Below are positions 50,530 to 60,069 of a stretch of DNA of 64,000 nt, piece after piece. Position 1 is the first letter of the stretch; every line of letters begins with the position of its first letter. The stretch lies in IMG/VR virus record IMGVR_UViG_3300021467_000006, positions 32,321 to 96,320 of that record; one strand, given 5' to 3'. Origin of the DNA: a virus. A program made the position numbers and the translations under genes. Under the pieces are notes generated by a model. It was not told where the DNA came from. It did not search any database and saw only the letters and a program-made list of their open reading frames with translations.

Positions 50530-50861
50530 TAAACTAATCCTAATTTGAGAAAATCTATATTGCCACCAAAATCAGTACCCTCATAAATATCCATAACTTT
50601 ATATTCTACATTATTATATTTCACAATATATCCATAATCTATAGATATATCGGAAATTTCTGAATAAGGAATATAACAAGCAGCTTTATATATTATATTT
50701 TCTTGAGCCCTATAATCGGGTATGTAATCCCTAGTTACTTCTATACCCCTAACAAACCTGCATTTTACACCAGTTTTGATTTCAGTTTTGGTTTCTTGCC
50801 CAAAACCATCTTGAGAAAAAGAATATATATCTACAATATGTGGAGTATAGCCTTCTAACAT
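50529..50861 (-). CDS. Head closure protein
   Basis: DGFGQ...VKCRF; size and position. Confidence 0.6.
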   Translation of the reverse strand: MLEGYTPHIVDIYSFSQDGFGQETKTEIKTGVKCRFVRGIEVTRDYIPDYRAQENIIYKAACYIPYSEISDISIDYGYIVKYNNVEYKVMDIYEGTDFGGNIDFLKLGLV

Positions 50862-51865
50862 TATGCTCTACCTAAACCTAATACTTTTTTGCCTATGTAT
50901 TCATTCAGATAATAAAAAGCATCAGGACAAAAAAGATTCTTTAAAGTTACTGGATCGCTTGAGTATGACGCAAAAACATCACCTATCTTATACTGAATAA
51001 CTCCAGCATGTCTTTTTATAAGATCTTGAGTAGTGGAATTAGTAGTTAAATAAGAAGCCTGCTTAGCCGTAGCAAGACGTATATTATAAGGAAGTTGAGG
51101 AATCAGATATAAAGTATCATCGCTTCCAATATCTATTGTGAAAGGCTCGGTAATAATCAAGCCATTAAAAATATCCAATTTCTCAACTTTCTTACCTATG
51201 CCCGCATTGACTCCATCAGTTATTACAAAAGCAGCGTCATTTTCATACAATTTATAATCCTCTATTGAAGACTCTGAAACAGATGAAGAGGTAAAGCTAT
51301 CATATTGAATAGAGGCATGATAACGATATGAAATAGTATAATCTTCAGAATCATCTATTTCATAATTAAAAGTTATGGAAAGATCACCTGTATCATAATC
51401 AAGACTGGAAGAGGATACATAAATAGGATTATAAAAAGGATTGGAAGACGAGCCAGTATCCCTGAGAACAACTTGAGTTGAAGTTCCGTCTATCAGCAAA
51501 TAAACAGTTATTTCAACACTACCCTGTCTAACAACCGTATTAAGAGTTTTAGATATAGATGTATCTCCAGCAGTAGCAGTATCTGTAATGGTTGCTTCTG
51601 TGCCCTGAAAAATAGAAGTAGGGGTTACTGTAATATAATCAAAATAGTCACGAGGAAATTCAAGAGCTTGGGCTGTTATCAACTTTTCACCATAAAAATT
51701 GATGCTATCAATCAACTGTGTAGCCAATCGCAAAGCATTCTCTTTGATATATGAATCATAAGCCAACCAGGTTGTATCTGCTACTAAAAGAGCATCGGCT
51801 TCTGAAACAGAAATATAGGATTCGGCATTTATTGTACCCTGTAAAGAATTAAGACTCATCTCCAA
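50861..51865 (-). CDS. Head-tail adaptor with an internal insertion
   Basis: AESYISVSEAD...ALRLATQLID...QALEFPR, then LP..IRLATAKQA...KIGDV. Confidence 0.7.
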   Translation of the reverse strand: MEMSLNSLQGTINAESYISVSEADALLVADTTWLAYDSYIKENALRLATQLIDSINFYGEKLITAQALEFPRDYFDYITVTPTSIFQGTEATITDTATAGDTSISKTLNTVVRQGSVEITVYLLIDGTSTQVVLRDTGSSSNPFYNPIYVSSSSLDYDTGDLSITFNYEIDDSEDYTISYRYHASIQYDSFTSSSVSESSIEDYKLYENDAAFVITDGVNAGIGKKVEKLDIFNGLIITEPFTIDIGSDDTLYLIPQLPYNIRLATAKQASYLTTNSTTQDLIKRHAGVIQYKIGDVFASYSSDPVTLKNLFCPDAFYYLNEYIGKKVLGLGRA

Positions 51866-51876
51866 TCCTTATTAAA

Positions 51877-52149
51877 TTATTTCTTCTTCCTTCCACGTTT
51901 TTTCATCTTCCTGAAAGTTCTGGCTAAGTTGGCTCTTCTCTTAAGCAAAGCCGTAACTTTTATCTTTTTACCTTTTACTGTAACGGTGCTCCCAACCTTC
52001 GCCTGTATAATTTTATTAAGTACAGATGTTGGGATCGTTTGGTCTTCTTTGTAACCAAGTTGTTTCTTAAGAGCACCTTTCTTGATGTTTTTAGGAATCC
52101 ATTTTTTCTTCCTAGAAGTTTTTTTCTTTTTACGTCTTTTGATTGCCAT
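51877..52149 (-). CDS. Small, very basic protein
   Basis: Lys/Arg-rich; KKWI..IKKGAL..QLG...RRANLARTF. Confidence 0.65.
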   Translation of the reverse strand: MAIKRRKKKKTSRKKKWIPKNIKKGALKKQLGYKEDQTIPTSVLNKIIQAKVGSTVTVKGKKIKVTALLKRRANLARTFRKMKKRGRKKK

Positions 52150-52151
52150 TG

Positions 52152-52430
52152 CTAATCTCCTTCAAGGAATATAATATATTTCCTCTCAGCACCCACACCC
52201 ATGACATGCACTTTTTTACCTTCCTTTACATACTTCTCAACTTCTTCCATTTTGGTTCTATCCAGAACAAGTTTCTTTCTTTTCATAACTTTCTTAGGAG
52301 CAACCTTTTCATCAAATTCTTCCTTTGTCATAGGCTCTCCTGCTTCCATAGTTTTAGGCTCTTCTCCTGCCTTCTTCAATTCCGTAGTTTTTTTAACAGT
52401 CTTTTTAACAGACTTCTTAGATCTAGCCAT
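52152..52430 (-). CDS. Hypothetical Lys-rich protein
   Basis: AGGAGG RBS; follows the capsid gene. Confidence 0.65.
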   Translation of the reverse strand: MARSKKSVKKTVKKTTELKKAGEEPKTMEAGEPMTKEEFDEKVAPKKVMKRKKLVLDRTKMEEVEKYVKEGKKVHVMGVGAERKYIIFLEGD

Positions 52431-52444
52431 GATTCCTCCTTTTT

Positions 52445-52468
52445 AAATAAAGGGGGCTAAAAGCCCCC
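52445..52468 (-). terminator. Intrinsic terminator after the major capsid gene
   Basis: GGGGGC-TTTTA-GCCCCC-TTTATTT on the - strand; same core as 48081. Confidence 0.75.
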
Positions 52469-52479
52469 AGTTTTACAGA

Positions 52480-53451
52480 TTACGACTGCGACAGATTGCA
52501 TCCATATACAAATCTCCAGTTCTGAACATAAATGCCAAACCTACAAATAATGGATGCTCTATAATCTTTAGTTTCGGGATCTACCCAGAAATCAATAACA
52601 GGATCGAGCTTATTGATTACATAGATACCTTTCTTGGATTGCATAAGAATCCAACCATCAGAATCAGTAAGCCTTCTCCATACAACAGGTCTAACAATAT
52701 CCCTGAGAACATTGGTTACACCAGGATTACTAGAATCAAGAGATGTAGACTTCAAGATTTCCTCTGCAGTGAACTTCAATGCAGGCGGAACCAAAAGCAC
52801 GTCAGGAACGATATCAATATCCTCATCCCTTTCATCCTTGGCATTTGTAGTGGTCATTGCTGTATAAACAGTTTTCAAATTAGCAGCATTCAGAGCAAGA
52901 GCTTGGAAATTATAATAAGTTCCACCACCTTTAGATACATGCTCATTACCAGATGCAGCAAAGAGAGGTTTTCCATCATAAATAAAATCCCCAGAAGGAT
53001 CTTGGATCAACCCAGGAATAGAATTATTGAAGATGGAATGACCTGCCGTAAAAGCACCATAATTGAATACCTTAGCAAAAGTTTTATCTCTGGTTCTTTC
53101 ATATGCATCTCTCCAGCTTGCCACTGTCTTTCTGAAGAGACCTTCAACCTGAGTATCAGAATAAAGTTCCAGAGAAAATGAAATCTGCCTACCGAAAGTC
53201 TTAGGAGCACCAAGGACGCTGTATCCTTCCATAGGAGAATCGAATTCCAGCTTATCGCCCTCTTTCTTTTCCTTAAGATCTCCCAATCCCAAAGCAGAAG
53301 TTGTCATGGTATAGGAAGCATCTTCAGGAAAATCTGTATCCTCGGCAAACAGCTCCGTCCAAGTGTCATAATTGGTCGTAGCTGCTTCCCAAAACCATCT
53401 ATATGCATTAACCTTAAGTTTTTCTGTAAAATCAGTTCTAGTTACACCCAT
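52480..53451 (-). CDS. Major capsid protein (HK97 fold, Mu gpT-like)
   Basis: KKEGD, DGKPLFA..H, PDVLLVPPALKFTAEEIL, LTDSDGW, NWRFVYG. Confidence 0.88.
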   Translation of the reverse strand: MGVTRTDFTEKLKVNAYRWFWEAATTNYDTWTELFAEDTDFPEDASYTMTTSALGLGDLKEKKEGDKLEFDSPMEGYSVLGAPKTFGRQISFSLELYSDTQVEGLFRKTVASWRDAYERTRDKTFAKVFNYGAFTAGHSIFNNSIPGLIQDPSGDFIYDGKPLFAASGNEHVSKGGGTYYNFQALALNAANLKTVYTAMTTTNAKDERDEDIDIVPDVLLVPPALKFTAEEILKSTSLDSSNPGVTNVLRDIVRPVVWRRLTDSDGWILMQSKKGIYVINKLDPVIDFWVDPETKDYRASIICRFGIYVQNWRFVYGCNLSQS

Positions 53452-53484
53452 ATCTTATACCTCCAAATAATTAGCTCATAATCA

Positions 53485-53868
53485 TTATATTACCCGCACA
53501 ATAAGATCACTACCATCAATTTCAACCACTTCAAATACCACATTGGTAGTTTCATCAGTATCTACATACTGAACATTGGATGTGACCTTCACACCAAATC
53601 TAGATCCTATTGCAGGAGAACCACTTCCAGTCTTAGGCATTCTGTAAGTCTTGCCAAGAACGCTTTCTACAAGGATGGGATCATCCTGAGAAATAGTTCC
53701 GGCAGGTCTAACTGCCCAACCAAAAATAGTCACGTTACCGTCAGCAAGAGCAGCCTTACCACTGGAAATAGTTATAAAAGCCCCGCCACTATCACTAAGC
53801 ACAAGACCATTAGCAGCAGGAACTTCAATTACAGCTTCGTTTGTTCCAACCTGTACATATTTACTCAT
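53485..53868 (-). CDS. Capsid decoration/cement protein candidate
   Basis: Small beta-rich protein between scaffold and capsid. Confidence 0.55.
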   Translation of the reverse strand: MSKYVQVGTNEAVIEVPAANGLVLSDSGGAFITISSGKAALADGNVTIFGWAVRPAGTISQDDPILVESVLGKTYRMPKTGSGSPAIGSRFGVKVTSNVQYVDTDETTNVVFEVVEIDGSDLIVRVI

Positions 53869-53871
53869 AGT

Positions 53872-54765
53872 TTATCCTCCAGCTTGTTGTTTCTTCATTT
53901 CAATTACTTCTTTCTTTATTTTCTGAATTTCAAGCCACTGCTTTATATCCATCCCAGCAATCCTGGCAGAAGCATAATCTGCAGGAGTAGCCTTAGAGAC
54001 ATCTATCTCATCGTCATCCCCACTTCTCTTAGGGGGTTTACGCTTATAATCACCATCCTTATTAGGAGGTAATTGAACAGCAACAAGATTAGAATTCGCT
54101 GGGTCTCTCAAAAACTCTGCTACAAATTCTTCCACAGTGACTTCCTTACCTTTTTTATTGATGGCATAATATTCACCATCTTCATTTCTCTTAAAGAAAT
54201 GTTTAGTCATCAAGACTATCTGCTCAGGAGAATATGCCTTTTCTTCAATGGCTATCTTCCTGATCCTACCTTCAAGAACCTGCTCATATAAAGTACTGAG
54301 CAACTGTTCTTTTTCCTGAAGTTTCTGTTCAAAAGTTTGCTTGGTAGTATTGAGTTCTTCTTCTAACTCTTCAAGTTTAGCTTTATAATCTTCCTCAACA
54401 GATTTAAGCTGAATCTTCAGTCTCTCGGATTCTGATTTGTCTTTAAGTTCCGCTTCCTGTTGTTTCTTCTTTATTTCTTCCCTAAACTTTCTGAGTTCTT
54501 CCAATTCCTCCCGCATCTTCTCAACTTTATCTTTAGGAGGAGCTGTTTTCACTACTTCTTCATATTTTGACAATTTCTCTTCCAGTTCTTTTAAACGCTT
54601 CTTCGTCCTATCTCTATCTCTTATAATACTATCAACATAGGACTTAGAGAGTTTAACATCGTCTTTATTCTTATCTTTATCTTTATCATCATTCTTATTA
54701 TCATCTAAGTTTTGATCTTTGTTCATATCTTTATCTTTCTCAGGTGGCATATCTTTTACCTCCAT
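53872..54765 (-). CDS. Capsid scaffolding protein
   Basis: D/K-rich N-terminus, long coiled coil, position after the portal. Confidence 0.75.
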   Translation of the reverse strand: MEVKDMPPEKDKDMNKDQNLDDNKNDDKDKDKNKDDVKLSKSYVDSIIRDRDRTKKRLKELEEKLSKYEEVVKTAPPKDKVEKMREELEELRKFREEIKKKQQEAELKDKSESERLKIQLKSVEEDYKAKLEELEEELNTTKQTFEQKLQEKEQLLSTLYEQVLEGRIRKIAIEEKAYSPEQIVLMTKHFFKRNEDGEYYAINKKGKEVTVEEFVAEFLRDPANSNLVAVQLPPNKDGDYKRKPPKRSGDDDEIDVSKATPADYASARIAGMDIKQWLEIQKIKKEVIEMKKQQAGG

Positions 54766-54771
54766 TTATAG

Positions 54772-56361
54772 TTATTCTTGTTTATTCATAGGTCTACCTT
54801 CTCCAGTATCCTTCTTTATATCTGGAGAACCTTCTTCTTTTTCATCATAAGTTCTATCAGAAGGAGATTTATATTCTGATGATCCAAAAACACTTTGGCC
54901 GAAAGTCATTTTTACATTCCCAGCTCTCACATTTTCAACTATTTCTGATGCTTCTTTATTCTCTATCTCATCTATCACCTCCTCTTTTACACTATCAGGT
55001 GCTGATTTTAATAATTTCAAAGCAACCTCTTTAGCTAAATATTTTGTCAATTTATCTGAAATACTCTTGGAAATCACATCAAAAGTATACTTCAGATAAT
55101 CTACAAAATTTAAAACATCGAAAGATTTAGGATAAACTACTTGATATATAGATTCATCATTTACAGGCTTACCTGTCATAATTTCATAATACATTTTCAT
55201 TATTTCCATTTCAGCTTTCTCTAAATTCGAGGACTTAGAATTGAGATTAGCTTCTATGGAATAAAATTGCTGTTGTTTAGCCCTACCTGAAGAAGCAGAT
55301 ACATCAACAGCAGTACCTGCAAGACCTGCCATAATATAAATCTGCTTGATATGAGAAAGCACCATTTCCCATATAACTTCTATTTGTGAAGTATCAGGAG
55401 AAATAAATCTAGGGGGATGTCCAGCATTAGCAGGAAAGGTAAAAATAGCAGCAGTTCCAACTTTTACCAACGGGTCTTCACCTGTATGCTTCTTGGCCTC
55501 TGCTTGCTCTGCTAAAGAACCATCATCTGGACAGGTCAATTGCGAAAATGTTTGTCTTTCTATCATTTCATCAATATTTGAACACCAGTTAAATATAGCT
55601 CTATTTACATATGCTATATCTTTAATGGTAGAAAGACTTAATCCTTCATATGATTCCCCCATATTTTTCACTAAAACAACAGGTACAAAACCAAAAGGAT
55701 TATCAATTTTACTACCTACCTGTTCTCCCGTCTCCTTTTCATATTTAACCCAATAATCTCTAGTTATTAGATTCCTAATAGTAACAATTTCCCTATCTAT
55801 TGTAGGGTCTGAATCTTCATAAATATCTTCCTCTATCAATATCCAATCAAAATTGCCATGTGTGTCTACAGAAAAATCCACAACTTCTGAAGGTACATGC
55901 ATTGTAAGATAAGGATAGAGGTTGTAGTTTTTAACTATATTAAGGGGAACTTTGCTGTCTTCTGAAGTAGGGAACAATGATAAATCACGAAAGTTGAATA
56001 ATACATATACAAAACCACAAGCCCCAGAATAATTCGATACTTTTCTCATAAAAGTATCTATATCATCACCAGAACCTGTTACATTTTTTAGAAATGGAGC
56101 AAAGATTTCATTGGAAGGTCTTATGATTTCTTTAGAAAATATGAAGTTTGTGTAACTTTCTATTACAGCAGAACAATAATTTAAGTAATAAGCTCTTTCT
56201 TTTCTATTTTCAAAATCCTCATCTAATTCCAAACGGTGAGTAAATAAATTATCACCATCTATGTAATCGCTTCCTCCTTCATATGCCTCTAAAAAGAAAG
56301 ACCACTCTTCATTGTGGTCTTTATATAAAGGATGTTCTCTATCAGTTATAGCCACACTCAT
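54772..56361 (-). CDS. Portal protein
   Basis: HPLY...W.F..AYEGG...RKERAYYLNY, GFVPVV, DIAYVNRAIFN, SG.AK; follows the terminase. Confidence 0.88.
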   Translation of the reverse strand: MSVAITDREHPLYKDHNEEWSFFLEAYEGGSDYIDGDNLFTHRLELDEDFENRKERAYYLNYCSAVIESYTNFIFSKEIIRPSNEIFAPFLKNVTGSGDDIDTFMRKVSNYSGACGFVYVLFNFRDLSLFPTSEDSKVPLNIVKNYNLYPYLTMHVPSEVVDFSVDTHGNFDWILIEEDIYEDSDPTIDREIVTIRNLITRDYWVKYEKETGEQVGSKIDNPFGFVPVVLVKNMGESYEGLSLSTIKDIAYVNRAIFNWCSNIDEMIERQTFSQLTCPDDGSLAEQAEAKKHTGEDPLVKVGTAAIFTFPANAGHPPRFISPDTSQIEVIWEMVLSHIKQIYIMAGLAGTAVDVSASSGRAKQQQFYSIEANLNSKSSNLEKAEMEIMKMYYEIMTGKPVNDESIYQVVYPKSFDVLNFVDYLKYTFDVISKSISDKLTKYLAKEVALKLLKSAPDSVKEEVIDEIENKEASEIVENVRAGNVKMTFGQSVFGSSEYKSPSDRTYDEKEEGSPDIKKDTGEGRPMNKQE

Positions 56362-57911
56362 CCCCCGTATGTGAGAAGCTGAAATTTTTTCTTATTTATT
56401 AATTCCATTGCACCAGCCAAAGCATCTGGGCCATCATCATTATTCACAATTCCATATAGATGTAGCTGTGTATATAATGTCAAATGATTCTTATTAAAAC
56501 GAATTGTACCATCTTTTATAAGAGGTTCTAACTTAGAGATACGAGCTTTTTTAGGTAAATTATTCTGAACAGCAATGATTGGAACATAGATTCCTTCTTC
56601 TCTTAATTCCCTTTTAAAATCATTAGTAATCAATGCCTGAAAGCCATTTGATTCAATTCCTACATATCTTATTTTATCCAGGTATTTAATAGAATATCTC
56701 TTTAATTCGCTCTTCTGATATGAAGGTGGTTTCTTCTCTACATCTGCATGTAATACAAAAACATATCCAGAATCTATATGCCTCATTAATACAATAAGAG
56801 CATAGTAATCAGATTTCTTATTTTTATTAACTGTGGGATCTAAGTAAATATATATCTCACTGTCATCAATAAGGGCTTTTATGTCTTCTTCTTCATAAAA
56901 ACTAAAGATACTCTCAGGAAAGAGAAGTGTTGATGGGTCAAATGGTTCGTTCTGTTTCTCTGAATAAAAGGAGGCTGTTCCTTCTCCAATGAGTTCTACC
57001 ATTAAATCATAGTAAGAAGATCCTTCAGGCCACATGAGGGAAACGCCTGACAACATTACCTCTTCATGTTTCTTATAGAAGATATAGGCATTTTTCTCCC
57101 TTCTCTTATCGAATCTATTTTGATATATAGCCTTCCATTTATCCCATAAGTCTTGATTCTTAGCAAAAGATAGGACAGCTTTAAACTTCTTACCATGAAA
57201 AGCAGAGAATTCTGGAGTAGTCAAAAGTTTGTTTAATAAACTAAAAGGATGTAATATAGTACCAACAACAAATATATCTACAGGTCGGTTGGGGCCTCCT
57301 GTTTTCAATACATCCTTAGAAAACCAATCAGATATATGTTCTCTATATGTTTCAGATATAATGGCATTTCTATTTTCCAAATCATCAGCTATAACCAACC
57401 CAACACGGTGTTGTTTAAATCTCCTGCCTCTAACTTTACCCATAGACCCCAATGCACGGATCATGATTTCATTTTTTGTTATTATGAATTCATCTCTCCA
57501 TTTAGTTCCTTTTCCGAATACTTCTGGATAAAAGTATTGAATCATTTCATTTGTTTCTAGCTCTCTCTTTATATCTGATAAGAAATCACTTGCTTGGGAA
57601 AATACGTCTGAAAGAATAACTATGTAATGGTAGAGATTTTTATTTCTTCTTGCAGACTCGCATATAATCCATAGAGGCCATGCAAGAGTAGTAACAGTAG
57701 ATTTACCAAAACCACGAGGGGCAGCTATAGCTTCCCTCGCATTTTTACCTATATTTTCCCTGAAGTTATTAAATAAATAATAATGAAGTGGAGAAAAGGG
57801 AATTGTGAAATAATGAGGCAGGATAGTAGCAGCAAAAGCATCTATTCTTGAAGAAAATACTTCTCTTAGGATTTCTTTTTGTGATAATTTAGGTTTTCCT
57901 GATTTAAACAT
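56358..57911 (-). CDS. terL: Terminase large subunit
   Basis: Walker A APRGFGKST, Walker B IADDLE, VGTILH, nuclease YLDP, IESNGFQ, DDGPDAL. Confidence 0.95.
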   Translation of the reverse strand: MFKSGKPKLSQKEILREVFSSRIDAFAATILPHYFTIPFSPLHYYLFNNFRENIGKNAREAIAAPRGFGKSTVTTLAWPLWIICESARRNKNLYHYIVILSDVFSQASDFLSDIKRELETNEMIQYFYPEVFGKGTKWRDEFIITKNEIMIRALGSMGKVRGRRFKQHRVGLVIADDLENRNAIISETYREHISDWFSKDVLKTGGPNRPVDIFVVGTILHPFSLLNKLLTTPEFSAFHGKKFKAVLSFAKNQDLWDKWKAIYQNRFDKRREKNAYIFYKKHEEVMLSGVSLMWPEGSSYYDLMVELIGEGTASFYSEKQNEPFDPSTLLFPESIFSFYEEEDIKALIDDSEIYIYLDPTVNKNKKSDYYALIVLMRHIDSGYVFVLHADVEKKPPSYQKSELKRYSIKYLDKIRYVGIESNGFQALITNDFKRELREEGIYVPIIAVQNNLPKKARISKLEPLIKDGTIRFNKNHLTLYTQLHLYGIVNNDDGPDALAGAMELINKKKFQLLTYGG

Positions 57912-58426
57912 GTAAATCCATATAACCCAATAAGGACTGACTCTGCAATCCCATCATGTGGTTTTTTTGATCTTTTGGATTTTAATAATGATAAATCAGG
58001 AAAAAGGCAACTTACTTTTTCTATAGCATCTATTTTTTGCTTCTTTGTACCTTTCAACATAACCTTTTTCCATTCTTGCGGTCTTACTCTAATAAATGGA
58101 AGATTAAGACCTAAAAGAATACCATGAATTATTCCAGCATTATACATATACCTACCTGAAGAAGCTATACCTTGTTTGGGCATTGTTTGTGTTTTTTCTA
58201 TAACTGTCATAGTTGGTAGATATGTTTTAAAAATCATAATCAATTTATGATAATCCAACTTCCTTCTATTCTTCTCTTTGATAATAGGCATAACAGAAGA
58301 ATAAATTACCTTATGCTTATTTTTTGGTGTTTCAGCTATTACTGAAATACCCCCATCAAAACCAGGATCTATGCCACAAACAATAATACGTCTTTTAATC
58401 GTCATAAATAGCCTCTTCACATTCAT
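57866..58426 (-). CDS. RuvC-like Holliday junction resolvase
   Basis: GIDPGFDGG, VIEK, VRPQEWKK, DGIAESVLI. Confidence 0.88.
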   Translation of the reverse strand: MNVKRLFMTIKRRIIVCGIDPGFDGGISVIAETPKNKHKVIYSSVMPIIKEKNRRKLDYHKLIMIFKTYLPTMTVIEKTQTMPKQGIASSGRYMYNAGIIHGILLGLNLPFIRVRPQEWKKVMLKGTKKQKIDAIEKVSCLFPDLSLLKSKRSKKPHDGIAESVLIGLYGFTCLNQENLNYHKKKS

Positions 58427-58658
58427 CTAGAAATTTATTGATCTGATGTTGTAACCTTGCAGTTACACTTAAAGCCTTATAGGTAGGGTCTTTAGAAAAC
58501 CAACAATATTCTACATCGCCTTCAGCATCTACAATACCCAAGACAAATATCTTCACTTCATCTTTTCTGAGTCTATTTAAAAGCCTTTTTAACATCTTAT
58601 TAGCTGGAAAGACATCGGTGAAATAAATAAGGTTGGATTTTATCTTTTCCTCAGGCAT
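58395..58658 (-). CDS. Hypothetical protein
   Basis: GGAG RBS; overlaps the resolvase start. Confidence 0.6.
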   Translation of the reverse strand: MPEEKIKSNLIYFTDVFPANKMLKRLLNRLRKDEVKIFVLGIVDAEGDVEYCWFSKDPTYKALSVTARLQHQINKFLDECEEAIYDD

Positions 58659-58675
58659 TTTTTCTCCAAATTATA

Positions 58676-58704
58676 TTGACTAAAGATTAAGAGTATGCTA
58701 TATT
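58676..58704 (+). promoter_or_regulatory. Antisense-oriented sigma70-type promoter
   Basis: TTGACT-17 bp-TATATT with an extended -10 TG. Confidence 0.6.
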
Positions 58705-58710
58705 TATAAT

Positions 58711-58779
58711 GCGTTAAGCCAACGGCCATACACATGGTCACAGGACAAAGGCTGTCTATTTTAGACAGCCTTTATTTTT
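58711..58779 (+). ncRNA. Candidate ~65-nt sRNA ending in a terminator hairpin
   Basis: Hairpins CGTT/AACG and GGCCAT/ATGGTC, then AAAGGCTGTCTA-TTT-TAGACAGCCTTT-ATTTTT. Confidence 0.5.
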
Positions 58780-59241
58780 GTGTTCATACCATAGATTATA
58801 TATCCTCCTGTAAGTTTTAATAAACCAACTTCCAAATTCATAACATATTATTTCTTCAGCTATATCTTTATGATTATGATAATTTATTTCATCCTGATTC
58901 TCTATCTCTTCAAAAGAAGGATTCTCCAAGGTTCTTATCCTATTAAACATTGCATGAAGCAATTCATGCGCAACTACTTCTTCATTAAAACATTCTATAG
59001 TTATATGTATTTCTCCAAGTTTAGGTCTTATTATTTTTTCGTCAGGTTTATCGTTGTAAACCATAATTATTTCCCATTCATGATTCACAACAGCGGAAGC
59101 ATTTTCAGAATTCAAAGAATTCTCCCTCAAACTCTTTAAATCTTTCCAAATAAAAACATGATAATAATGTTTTCTATCTAAAGTCTTTAATTTGAAACAA
59201 TCTAATAAATTAGTTTTATCCTTACGTCTTTTTACTGGCAT
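58756..59241 (-). CDS. HExxH metallopeptidase-like protein
   Basis: VVAHELLHA...EEIICY. Confidence 0.55.
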   Translation of the reverse strand: MPVKRRKDKTNLLDCFKLKTLDRKHYYHVFIWKDLKSLRENSLNSENASAVVNHEWEIIMVYNDKPDEKIIRPKLGEIHITIECFNEEVVAHELLHAMFNRIRTLENPSFEEIENQDEINYHNHKDIAEEIICYEFGSWFIKTYRRIYNLWYEHKNKGCLK

Positions 59242-59846
59242 TAAAACTCCTTTAATAATTTAATTATTTCATCTTTTTTCATAACAAATTCATAATTTTT
59301 TACAGAAGCATAGCCTTTATTCAGATATTTAATAGCAATACCTAATGGGGAAATAATTATATAATTTCCGGTATGCCTTTCATTTGGAGTCCATAATACA
59401 ATAAGGGATGAAGAACACAAAAAAGATCTGAACCTGAAGAAGAAGGGTTTTTCGTTATCATTATTATATATAACAAAAGCCGTTCTTTTGTTTATTTTTT
59501 TCAACTCTCCATTTTCTATAGCTAATAACGCTTTTCTTAATTCATTTAGAAATCTTTTTAATTTAGGAAAACGCTTTATTTTACTATCAATAAACCTATT
59601 TATAATGGTTTCTCTTTGGATAGCATTTGCCCGTTTTTTATACCCTAAATATTTAATAATGGTAGAAGATACCGCCTGTCTGGATATACCATAATCCTTA
59701 GCAATGGAAGTTATGGTCTCTTTGCCCTCATACGCTTTCTTTATCCTTCTAGCATACTCATCTCCAAATCTTTTTTTTAGAAGTTCATATCCCAGTTTTT
59801 GACTCATATAACACCTTAGGTTCCTCTTGTTCTTCTTTTGGTTCAA
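59241..59846 (-). CDS. HTH DNA-binding protein
   Basis: TITSIAKDYGISRQAVS. Confidence 0.65.
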   Translation of the reverse strand: MNQKKNKRNLRCYMSQKLGYELLKKRFGDEYARRIKKAYEGKETITSIAKDYGISRQAVSSTIIKYLGYKKRANAIQRETIINRFIDSKIKRFPKLKRFLNELRKALLAIENGELKKINKRTAFVIYNNDNEKPFFFRFRSFLCSSSLIVLWTPNERHTGNYIIISPLGIAIKYLNKGYASVKNYEFVMKKDEIIKLLKEF

Positions 59847-60054
59847 AATATGGGCAATTATTACATTGGTTCAATACCGCAGGATCTCCATATACCTCTT
59901 TAAATCCCTTATAATCATATTCATAATCCTTAATAGCCAAACAAATATCTTTTTCCTCCCATATATTTCTTTCTATTTCTCTCTTTATGACAGAAAAATA
60001 TTTACATTCTGAGCAAAAAATTAAATTCTCCAACCTTTTTGGTTTATTATTCAT
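59785..60054 (-). CDS. Cys-rich small protein, paralog of 60900..61184
   Basis: LIFCSECKYF...IC.A...YGDP..N..NNCPYFEPK. Confidence 0.7.
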   Translation of the reverse strand: MNNKPKRLENLIFCSECKYFSVIKREIERNIWEEKDICLAIKDYEYDYKGFKEVYGDPAVLNQCNNCPYFEPKEEQEEPKVLYESKTGI

Positions 60055-60069
60055 AATATCTCCTTGTTT

